Part shown: positions 48,386 to 55,922 of the stretch, in pieces
Numbering within the stretch: position 1 is the stretch's first letter
Layout of the letters: each line of letters opens with the position of its first letter
Source of the DNA: an uncultured Candidatus Saccharibacteria bacterium
GTDB lineage: Bacteria; Patescibacteriota; Saccharimonadia; Saccharimonadales; UBA10212
Direction: 5' to 3'
DNA: 64,000 bases
NCBI GenBank assembly: GCA_965231085.1
Contig: OZ246413.1
Coordinates: 27,991 to 91,990, forward strand
Position numbers and translations under genes: made by a program
The notes under the pieces: model-generated
The model's input: only the letters and a program-made list of their open reading frames with translations
The model's database searches: none
Told to the model about the DNA's origin: nothing

Positions 48386-48423
48386 GAACTGTATAATTAA
48401 ACATAAGCGTTAAAGAGGTAAAT

Positions 48424-49173
48424 ATGCAACCACAGACTCCCAATTTAAAAAGGAGAATAAATCTCCCCAAGATAAAACTGCCAAGATTATCTAGCATGCA
48501 AATAAAAGCGGTATTAGCTGTGCTAGTATTAGCAATCGGCGGGTATTTTGGTTACAGATGGTATGCCAATAGAACACCAGCACCAAGTGCCTTCACCTTT
48601 ACTTATAACAAGACAGAAGCAGTTAAGCTGCCGGGTCAGCAGGCAGGTTCGGGTATGTCCTTGGTCAGGCCAACCGATCTTACCCTAGCTCCAATTGAGG
48701 CTAAAGCTACTCAAGCCAGTATGTACCACGTTCTACTAAAGAATAATCAGCCAGTTACGGTGGCTCAAATTGCAGTTGCCTCGGTTTACGCTGGTATAGA
48801 GTTAAGCAGCGATTACCTAAAAAATTTAAATACCGCAATGACTGACGTAAAGTCAGCTAATCATGCTGGGGTTATAAAGCCCGTCAAAGAGTTTGTGACC
48901 AATAGGGCTCAAACGGGGTACAATATTACCTTTTCAGATCCTAAGACCTTTACCTCAGATACCATTAAATCAAATGCTTGGTATATGACTTTCACTGGTA
49001 CCGCAAAAGATGCAAAAGCAGTGCCCACATTACCGCCGCTTAGTGGTGAAGTTGTTCTATCTACCGGGAAAAGCACTTTTTACTACTTTATGGTTGATTC
49101 TATTACTGTTAACTGGCAGCCAAACCAGAAAGTATGGGATCAGGTTATCAATAGTCTAAAAATTGACCAGTAG
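48424..49173 (+). CDS. Membrane-anchored hypothetical protein in the pilus locus
   Basis: 249 aa with TM segment AVLAVLVLAIGGYFGY. Confidence 0.45.
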   Translation: MQPQTPNLKRRINLPKIKLPRLSSMQIKAVLAVLVLAIGGYFGYRWYANRTPAPSAFTFTYNKTEAVKLPGQQAGSGMSLVRPTDLTLAPIEAKATQASMYHVLLKNNQPVTVAQIAVASVYAGIELSSDYLKNLNTAMTDVKSANHAGVIKPVKEFVTNRAQTGYNITFSDPKTFTSDTIKSNAWYMTFTGTAKDAKAVPTLPPLSGEVVLSTGKSTFYYFMVDSITVNWQPNQKVWDQVINSLKIDQ

Positions 49174-49179
49174 GACGGC

Positions 49180-49809
49180 ATGATAAAGACCAAGCAAGAT
49201 AAGGGATTCACGCTAGCGGAGCTGATGATAGCTACTAGTGTATTTTCCATAATCTTGCTGGTAGGTGCAGCGGCTTTTGTGCAGCTGGGCCGCTCTTATT
49301 ATAAGGGCGTAACAGTTACTCAAACTCAGCAGATAGCCAAACAAATAGTTTCAAGCGTATCGTCCAATATTCGTCTAAGTTCAAGTGTTTCCGGCTTGAA
49401 CACCGCTACCTCTGGCCGCAACTACTACTGCATAGGAGGCCACCGTTATAGCTTCAAACTCTTTAATTTAGTAGATACCTCGGCTCACAATAATACATCC
49501 AATTTTGGTCTGATTGCCGATGAACCAAATGGCGATGGTTGTGGTAACCCGTTCGATGCACCAATTACAGCCATGGTCAATCCAGCAGAACTCTTGGGCA
49601 ATAATATGAGGCTTCTAGCTTTTTCGATATCGCCCATAGCTGGAGGGGGTACGGCTTATTCGGTGAATGTTACCGTTGCCTTTGGCGCGGACAATGTCTT
49701 AACTGATCCTAAATCAGCCAGCGCCGAGTGCCAAGGTAGTGGCAATATAACCCAGTTTTGTGCTGTCACTCGATTAAGCACCGTCGTTTATCAGGGGGCT
49801 AATATATGA
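49180..49809 (+). CDS. Pilin-like protein (minor pilin)
   Basis: MIKTKQDKG|FTLAELMIATSVFSIILLVGAAAF. Confidence 0.7.
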   Translation: MIKTKQDKGFTLAELMIATSVFSIILLVGAAAFVQLGRSYYKGVTVTQTQQIAKQIVSSVSSNIRLSSSVSGLNTATSGRNYYCIGGHRYSFKLFNLVDTSAHNNTSNFGLIADEPNGDGCGNPFDAPITAMVNPAELLGNNMRLLAFSISPIAGGGTAYSVNVTVAFGADNVLTDPKSASAECQGSGNITQFCAVTRLSTVVYQGANI

Positions 49810-52073
49810 GACGGCATAATCAAACCGGCATGGCCTCCCTAGTCGTTACCGTTGTGCTTATTTCTTTATTGAGTGCTGTTGCTGTGGCCTTCTCGGTCAT
49901 TATGAACCGCGAACTTCAAAGGTCTCTCAATAATCAACTCGGGCAAGCCGCATATAACGCCGCGGCTAGTGGTATCAACGACTCAATCAGTTTTTTGCGT
50001 GATAATCCGAACACTAATGTTACCCAATGTAGCGATCTAGTGGGTAGCGGTAAGCCCCTTAATGCTGCCTCAAACCTGTCTGGAGATGGGAATACCAAAT
50101 ACACCTGCGCTCTTATTAATACCAAGCCGCTAGACATTGTTTATCAAGCAATAACGTCTAATCAATCTCAGGTTATTAGAACCAGTTTTTCGGCTCCGGC
50201 GGGCAAGATGATGGTTAGCTGGCAGGCAACCAACAGGGGTTATAACAACTTTGTGCCATCCGCACAGGCTGGCCAATTGTTTGACGAGACTGCTTGGCTC
50301 TCAGCCAAGGACACCCCAATGCTAAAGGTTAGTCTTTACCCGGTCCCAGCCGATACTAAGGATGCTTCTTATGCTACGGCTAACTCAAAGACCTTCTACC
50401 TTTACCCTATTAAGGCCTCGGGATTTAGTGTTAATGCTCTGTCTTATGCAGCAACTTCAGGGTCTTTACAGCCGGTGGAATGCGGACTCAAGAATTTAAA
50501 CGGTGCATTTAATGGATCGGCCGATTATGATTGCAGCCTGATAATTAATAATCTCCCAACGGCTAATCCGGCTGGCTATATGTACTACATCCGGCTTACG
50601 CCAATTTATGGTGCTGCTGATGTTAAGATTAGGGCTAATGACGCAACAGCTTCAAGCGCGCCAGTTAGTTTTGTTGGCACTCAAGCAATTATTGATGTTA
50701 CGGCGCAGTCTTCCAACGCAGTAAAGCGCTTACAGGCCAGGGTAGATATAAGCGGCTTAAGTAGTGCTAGCCAAAATATTACCTCTACGGATGACGCGTT
50801 TCCAGAGTACGCGCTGCGGTCAGCCAATGCAGTTTGCAAACGTTTGTATAATACCAACTCGGTTGATTTTCCTGCTTATATAAACTCTGACACGATTAAC
50901 TATTGCGGCTTTGATCAGTCTGGTTTTGATAAATTAGTCCCACCCACAGTTAATGGTAGCTGTAGCAGCGCGGGGGACTACTCTAATGCTAATTGCAGCT
51001 TTTCTATCAATCCAAAAAACGGTCGTATCACCTACTGCAAATTGTTGATAGACGGTTCAGAAGTAGCAAACTGCATATCACTATTCCCAGCCACTCATTC
51101 AAATCAACCACAAACCCTATCCGGGACGTATAATCTTGGTTCCGGCGAGCATAGTTATAGTTTGTGTGCGGATAACCCAGCTGGCAAGAGTAACCCGTGC
51201 GCTACCGGTAATTTTACTATACCTACGCCTACGCCTCCGCCGGCATTTCTATCAAGCTTCACTCAAGATACCAACTGTGTATACGGAGGCGTAAGGCACG
51301 GCAATTGCTATAACTTTACGGGTAATAATCTTGCTGCCTGGCCCTGCACATATACTATTGATGGCGGGCAGTCTCAGAGCGGCTATTCATTAAACGGTGC
51401 TGGAACGGCTGGTAGCTTTACTTACGGTAACGATGGGGTAGTGGCAAAAACAGGGAACATTACTTGCGGTTCCGCCAGTTGCAATCTTAATGCTGCTGAC
51501 TGTACTAATGTCCCACCAGTTCCAAGCGGTGGTGGAGTCTCTGTAGCAATAGGTATACCATCTGGCTTTGGCCAATATGCTTTCTCCTGGAGTGTGACTC
51601 GCCCTAATGCCCCTAACGACTGTAGGGACGATGCCCACCATACATTTATTGGGTGCTTTGATATTACCGCTAGTCAAAACGGCGACTATTCAAAAATTGA
51701 ACGCTGTGCAGTCAACACAGACACAGGTAACGCCTATAGTTACGGCTTGAGCGCTTTCTCTACGTTTCACAGAGCTAGTATTGGGCACTGGATTGATGTA
51801 ACGGTTGGTTGGCCCGGTACCTCCGTTTACTCTCTATATAGCACTACCGGAGCAAGCGTAAATAACCGTGGAATGCCGGGCGCCGATGGCAACGGCAATG
51901 CCACAGTTACCGTTATTTGTTACGCGTTTGACGGGAGCAGTGGTACCGATAGTAAAACAATGCACTGGAACACATGCTACGATGTCGGCAAGGACATCCT
52001 GCACCAATCATGGGAGGGCACTTACTATACGGATGTAGCCTCTAATGGCTGTAGCTCGCCAAGACCAAATTAA
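49806..52073 (+). CDS. Large PilX-N-like anchored protein, candidate pilus-associated adhesin
   Basis: N-terminus GMASLVVTVVLISLLSAVAVAFSVIM resembles the PilX N-terminal segment. 755 aa, Cys-rich C-terminal half, PTPTPPP linker. Confidence 0.5.
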   Translation: MRRHNQTGMASLVVTVVLISLLSAVAVAFSVIMNRELQRSLNNQLGQAAYNAAASGINDSISFLRDNPNTNVTQCSDLVGSGKPLNAASNLSGDGNTKYTCALINTKPLDIVYQAITSNQSQVIRTSFSAPAGKMMVSWQATNRGYNNFVPSAQAGQLFDETAWLSAKDTPMLKVSLYPVPADTKDASYATANSKTFYLYPIKASGFSVNALSYAATSGSLQPVECGLKNLNGAFNGSADYDCSLIINNLPTANPAGYMYYIRLTPIYGAADVKIRANDATASSAPVSFVGTQAIIDVTAQSSNAVKRLQARVDISGLSSASQNITSTDDAFPEYALRSANAVCKRLYNTNSVDFPAYINSDTINYCGFDQSGFDKLVPPTVNGSCSSAGDYSNANCSFSINPKNGRITYCKLLIDGSEVANCISLFPATHSNQPQTLSGTYNLGSGEHSYSLCADNPAGKSNPCATGNFTIPTPTPPPAFLSSFTQDTNCVYGGVRHGNCYNFTGNNLAAWPCTYTIDGGQSQSGYSLNGAGTAGSFTYGNDGVVAKTGNITCGSASCNLNAADCTNVPPVPSGGGVSVAIGIPSGFGQYAFSWSVTRPNAPNDCRDDAHHTFIGCFDITASQNGDYSKIERCAVNTDTGNAYSYGLSAFSTFHRASIGHWIDVTVGWPGTSVYSLYSTTGASVNNRGMPGADGNGNATVTVICYAFDGSSGTDSKTMHWNTCYDVGKDILHQSWEGTYYTDVASNGCSSPRPN

Positions 52074-52198
52074 GACATTTACAAAAGACACATTTAGTGA
52101 GATAATATATTCACGTTCTAGTAGTTTTAGAGCGCAGTTTTTCACAGCCGGTAGAGAACACCGGCCACTCCCGTTAATTCAACGCTGCGAGGTGAGAA

Positions 52199-53140
52199 AT
52201 GCGCAAGATGTTCGTAGCAATTCCCCTGGCAGCCGTCGGCGTTCTGCTGGCAGCTGGCGGGGCCAACGCAACGGTCCCCAAGGCCAAGCTCAAGCTGGTC
52301 TGCAGCGTGCCTGCGACTGGCTTCAAGCTGGCAGGCGACGGCGTTGGAGTCACCAACCCCAACGTGGTCTGCACCGTCGGCAAGACGCGGCTCACGCCAC
52401 TGAAGACCCCCGGGGTCTTCAAGTTCTTCTGGAAGGTCGCCGTCACCGATCCCTCGGGTGGCGCCTGTCAGAAGCTCTCTGGCCTGTCGCAGAAGCCGGA
52501 GTGGATTGCGGCCAACCCGCTCAACGGCGATTCGGTTGCGGTTCCCTCTGCCAAGGCGATCCTGACGGTCACCGCCCGCTACAAGGGCATGACCGCCAAG
52601 GCCACCGGTAGAGGGGTCGTCAACAACCCCGCTGCTCGGGTGATCTGCAACATCCCGACACGCGTGATCGCGACTCCAGGGCCAGCAGCCCCCGTATGCA
52701 CTCTGTCGCCAGGCTCGAGCTTCAACGGCTTGGTCGGCAAGAGCGCCCCTGTCATCTGCACGGGGGGAGATGGGGTCTGTACCGTCCAGCCGGTCGACGC
52801 TGGGGCTCTCCAGGCCCAGCAGTACTTGACCATCGGACCGGACGGGTTCACCTGCACGATGGGGACTGCCAAGTACAGCTACTGGATGCTGTCGGCAGTT
52901 CAGTACAGCAGGGACGGAGTCAACCCAGTCTGCAAGGGCTACTTCGACCATCTCACAACGCTCCGGACGGATGATGCCAAGAGCTGGGCTCCGGGCTACT
53001 TCCGGGTCGTGTTCTATGTCTACAACAGCGACAACCAAGACCACTATCCGGCTGCGGGCATCTGGCGTAGCCAGTGGACTCGGGTTGATGGTGCGTCTGA
53101 TCCGTGCACTGACGGAAGTCTGCCAATCCCCGCTAACTAG
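52199..53140 (+). CDS. Secreted Cys-rich hypothetical protein on a GC3-rich foreign insert
   Basis: 22 of the first 30 codons end in G/C. SD GAGGTGA. Signal peptide MRKMFVAIPLAAVGVLLAAGGANA|T. About 12 Cys in recurring V-x-C-x-V contexts. Overlapping ORFs in other frames are shadows. Confidence 0.7.
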   Translation: MRKMFVAIPLAAVGVLLAAGGANATVPKAKLKLVCSVPATGFKLAGDGVGVTNPNVVCTVGKTRLTPLKTPGVFKFFWKVAVTDPSGGACQKLSGLSQKPEWIAANPLNGDSVAVPSAKAILTVTARYKGMTAKATGRGVVNNPAARVICNIPTRVIATPGPAAPVCTLSPGSSFNGLVGKSAPVICTGGDGVCTVQPVDAGALQAQQYLTIGPDGFTCTMGTAKYSYWMLSAVQYSRDGVNPVCKGYFDHLTTLRTDDAKSWAPGYFRVVFYVYNSDNQDHYPAAGIWRSQWTRVDGASDPCTDGSLPIPAN

Positions 53141-53211
53141 GACGAGTGCGGGCGGACGGGAGAAGGCGAAAGCCAACTCCCGTCCGCAAACGAAACATCA
53201 AGCAAGATATT

Positions 53212-53232
53212 CACCCGATCGGGTGTTTTTTT
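53212..53232 (+). terminator. Rho-independent terminator
   Basis: CACCCGATCGGGTG palindrome followed by T7. Confidence 0.75.
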
Positions 53233-53236
53233 ATAA

Positions 53237-53264
53237 GAAAAGGCTCTGAAATACATCAGAGCCT
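53237..53264 (-). terminator. Terminator for the minus-strand cutinase-like gene
   Basis: AGGCTCTGA-AATACA-TCAGAGCCT hairpin. On the minus strand it is followed by TTTTCTTATAAAAAAA. Confidence 0.6.
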
Positions 53265-53333
53265 ATGCGCTTCTTTGTCGCTCAGCTAGGGTGGCAGCCT
53301 GCTTTCACTGCCACCCTTTAGAACACATTACCT

Positions 53334-54431
53334 CTAGTTCAGAAAGAATACCTTCACAGCCTCTTCTGGCTCCCCAAGCTGGTCGTAGTTGTTGTGGTAC
53401 TTAAAGCCGAACCTGAGCAGTTTGCGTAAGGAGCCGTGGCAAACTGGGTCGTCGTAGTGGCAGAATGACCTAACTTTCAAGGTGTTGAACATCGCTCTAA
53501 GGCCAAGGCTCCCAGCTTGAGCGTTGATTTCGCTTTGTTCATCACTGCTGTCGAGCGGGTTGAGCAGCGGGTCGCCAAAGAGTGCCACGCCATCTACGTT
53601 GCTGTAGGTACCGCCTTGGTAGACGTTCCCGGTTACTTGGGCTCCTTGGCTGTACCCAGTTAGGTACACCTGAGTGTGTCCGCACTTCTGGGCCACATCA
53701 GCCAGCTCTTGCCGTAACCACTTCTCGCCTACGGATACGGACAGATTGTATGGGACCAGGAGTCTTAACTTCAACTTGGCAGATATTTGCGAGCTGAGTA
53801 CGGCCATCAACATATTCATGAAACCGCCGGTGGCCGGGTAGGGGTTAGCGATTGGCAGGATTGCTGGGCCGGTCTCTGTAAAACGGGCCAGGTTGTACAG
53901 GGCGAGACCCTGTGCGAACTTCTGGCCAGGCGGGCTGATCGTGCCCGGCTTGGCGCCAGACCCCCGAGAGTCAATCACGACCATCTCGGGGCAACCTATA
54001 TTCCAGGGCTGAACAAGCCCCCTGGCTTGATCCAGTGTCCATAGTTTGACGGTGACCGTTGGTTTTGGCTTGGTCGCACAATCTTGCTTGACCGTCAGAG
54101 ATTCGGTTTTGCCTGGACTCAGTTTGTCCTCAACGTTGAGCCAGTAGGTGAAGTTGTTGTTGCCAGGCCCAAGGGCCTCCTCGTTGCCAAAGGGCCCGGC
54201 GTCACCTGTTAAGCTAGTCTTCACCGTCACGGAATTATTCGCCACCAACACCAAACGGAATTGGTAGGAGTACGTACCATCGGGGCGGTGTACGGTCAGG
54301 GTGTTGATGAATGTCCCGACGCTAATATCCGGGCATACTTTAGGCCCATTTGCCATGCTAGCCGAAGTACCAACCCCGCAGATTACGGCGATGCAAGCCG
54401 CTACCGCGAGTGTTCTCAAGCGAATAAACAA
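53334..54431 (-). CDS. Secreted cutinase-fold serine esterase with about 140-aa N-terminal beta-rich domain
   Basis: GCPEMVVIDSRGSG, nucleophile elbow LTGYSQGAQV, C-terminal YDDPVCHG ... KYHNNY. N-terminal signal-like MFIRLRTLAVAACIAVICGVGTSASMA. TTG start. Confidence 0.72.
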   Translation of the reverse strand: MFIRLRTLAVAACIAVICGVGTSASMANGPKVCPDISVGTFINTLTVHRPDGTYSYQFRLVLVANNSVTVKTSLTGDAGPFGNEEALGPGNNNFTYWLNVEDKLSPGKTESLTVKQDCATKPKPTVTVKLWTLDQARGLVQPWNIGCPEMVVIDSRGSGAKPGTISPPGQKFAQGLALYNLARFTETGPAILPIANPYPATGGFMNMLMAVLSSQISAKLKLRLLVPYNLSVSVGEKWLRQELADVAQKCGHTQVYLTGYSQGAQVTGNVYQGGTYSNVDGVALFGDPLLNPLDSSDEQSEINAQAGSLGLRAMFNTLKVRSFCHYDDPVCHGSLRKLLRFGFKYHNNYDQLGEPEEAVKVFFLN

Positions 54432-54584
54432 CTCTCATCACCGAACCTTTCAAGTTGTGGAGGTCTAGTTATCTAGGTGCGAGCATAACTAAAGAAGTCG
54501 CTAAGCCGACTTTATAATAAAAATCTAAAAATACCAATAATAGCCCAGAACTAAAGGTCGATAGAGATTCTTAAATTTAACTAG

Positions 54585-55046
54585 TTATATTTGAGATAAT
54601 GCTTCTTGAACAACGACCCCAGCATTACCTGGTTCCGCAACATAAATTCTCTGCATTCCTTCGGAGCCATTGGCTCCCACTACAAATGCAAATGCGGACA
54701 AAATGGTTGCTTCAGCTGGCTCTCCGTTGGTAGGCCCAAGAAGTTCGCCGTAAAGTGCAACTTGGCTAGCGTCGGGCCGTTTAAAAACTACAGATAATTC
54801 TTTTTGGGTGGAATCGCCAGGATTGGCAAATTTAAAAGCAGGGCCCATTTCGGCAGGGACGGTTGGCTGTTGGCCTGTTTCGGCGTCTGGTAAAACGACT
54901 TCCCATCCATCTAGTTCGGCATCACGTTCGCCTGGCAATGCCGCAATTGTCGCCCAGGCTTCAGGCGCTAGAGTCACAGAGTCTCTTACGATTAAGACTT
55001 TATCGCCGGAAGTATGACCTGCCTCTGCTCCTATACTCATAGTCAT
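54585..55046 (-). CDS. Hypothetical protein (acidic, 153 aa), divergent from the XRE gene
   Basis: An ORF with protein-like composition but no recognised domain. Own promoter-like TTGAAA-18 nt-TATTGT on the minus strand. Confidence 0.45.
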   Translation of the reverse strand: MTMSIGAEAGHTSGDKVLIVRDSVTLAPEAWATIAALPGERDAELDGWEVVLPDAETGQQPTVPAEMGPAFKFANPGDSTQKELSVVFKRPDASQVALYGELLGPTNGEPAEATILSAFAFVVGANGSEGMQRIYVAEPGNAGVVVQEALSQI

Positions 55047-55060
55047 TTTTTATCACAGGA

Positions 55061-55070
55061 CAATAATTAT
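55061..55070. promoter_or_regulatory. Perfect 10-bp palindrome AATAATTATT, candidate operator in the divergent promoter region
   Basis: Self-complementary. It abuts and overlaps the -10-like element (55059..55064, minus strand) of the 54585..55046 gene. Confidence 0.35.
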
Positions 55071-55098
55071 TACAAACACCAATTTCAATAAACTACGT

Positions 55099-55127
55099 TT
55101 GACAGATAGAAAATATAATTTTACTAT
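55099..55127 (+). promoter_or_regulatory. Promoter TTGACA-17 nt-TACTAT; predicted near-leaderless transcript for the XRE gene
   Basis: TTGACA at 55099..55104 and TACTAT at 55122..55127. The ATG at 55135 lies 8 nt after the -10 and no SD is present. Confidence 0.5.
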
Positions 55128-55134
55128 CCTCAAT

Positions 55135-55644
55135 ATGGTTAGAGGAGCAGAGGACAACCCAGACGTACCCTTCGCCCTAAGTATCAGGGGACTGGTGCCG
55201 GCAGAACATGCCGAGGCTTTTTATGCGCATATGCTTTTTCTGCTTCAAAATATTGGCCGCACATCTACAGCCAACCAAGTAGAGATATCGTTTAACGTCC
55301 CAGCACTTGATCTTGGCTATAGCAACAAATTAGCTCTTGAAGGGCAGGCTAACCCGGTACCAACAGAAATGAGCCCCGAGCAGCTGGCAGAACTGGTAAA
55401 AGCTTTTGGCGAATATGTACGGTCTGCAAGAGTTGCAGCTCATGTTTCACAAGCTAGAGTAGCTGCCGAAGCTGGAATTAGTCAGAGCTATCTGTCGCAA
55501 ATAGAATTAGCAAAGAGTGGGGCCAATGGCCCCTTGCGCCCCTTGCCAAATGCGGTTTTTGGTTTGGCGCGAGCACTTAATTTGGATCCCGCGGATCTAT
55601 TAGCAAGAGCTGGGTACTCTCAGGCCGAGCAAGACCAGCAGTAA
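55135..55644 (+). CDS. XRE-family HTH transcriptional regulator with unknown N-terminal domain
   Basis: C-terminal FGEYVRSARVAAHVSQARVAAEAGISQSYLSQIELAKSG is an XRE/Cro-type HTH. The track TTG start at 55099 is the -35 hexamer. Confidence 0.7.
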   Translation: MVRGAEDNPDVPFALSIRGLVPAEHAEAFYAHMLFLLQNIGRTSTANQVEISFNVPALDLGYSNKLALEGQANPVPTEMSPEQLAELVKAFGEYVRSARVAAHVSQARVAAEAGISQSYLSQIELAKSGANGPLRPLPNAVFGLARALNLDPADLLARAGYSQAEQDQQ

Positions 55645-55656
55645 ATCATCGGCTAT

Positions 55657-55871
55657 TTGACAAAATTGTCCCCGGGGCACTATACTTCTCTTCGTATAAA
55701 GCGTTATTAGTTCCAGTCACGCCGGAACGAGCTGAGCGTCAAAATACGCTACGGAAACTAAACCGTAAAATATAGTAACCGAAATCGCGTTTTACGTTGA
55801 GCCGGTGCCAAGAGCTTTAAGATAGTAATATCCTAAAGAACAAGGATGGGACCGCGAGGGGTCCTTTTTTT
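55657..55871 (+). promoter_or_regulatory. Promoter plus about 180-nt structured leader with T-box core motif and intrinsic terminator (candidate tRNA-sensing attenuator)
   Basis: TTGACA-18 nt-TATACT at 55657..55686. AAGGATGGGACCGCG at 55842..55856 compares with the T-box consensus AGGGUGGNACCGCG. Hairpin GGGACC-GCGAGG-GGTCCT plus T7 at 55848..55871. No promoter is evident between the terminator and the downstream gene. Confidence 0.5.
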
Positions 55872-55922
55872 ATAGCCTCTCGTTCCTTGGAAGAAAAATA
55901 GACTACGAATGGAGTGCTTCCA

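Noticed and set aside
10233-55104. A recurring ACGTTT(T)G motif near the foreign segments (10236..10243, 33558..33565, 55095..55101), considered as a shared integration or regulatory site.
   Set aside because: A 6-7-mer is expected many times by chance in 64 kb, and the extended contexts differ. The CCTACGTT/AACGTAGG plus TTTGAG pairing around the first island is kept only as a weak note.
10170-55650. GC-rich segments considered as metagenome-assembly chimeras or contamination.
   Set aside because: I do not favour this as the primary explanation. Each segment is a clean one- to few-gene insertion within an intergenic region, with backbone sequence and intact neighbouring genes on both sides. 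The first sits under a backbone-type promoter. It cannot be excluded without read-level evidence, so junction read-mapping is listed as the check.
6126-55916. Upstream-extended TTG/GTG starts in the ORF track (6126, 8349, 9614, 10241, 18215, 21943, 22346, 25445, 32728, 35430, 39272, 46697, 55099, 55914).
   Set aside because: In each case an internal ATG is the better start. It has an SD at proper spacing, abuts or overlaps the upstream stop, or gives an N-terminus matching the family length. At 55099 the TTG is a -35 hexamer.
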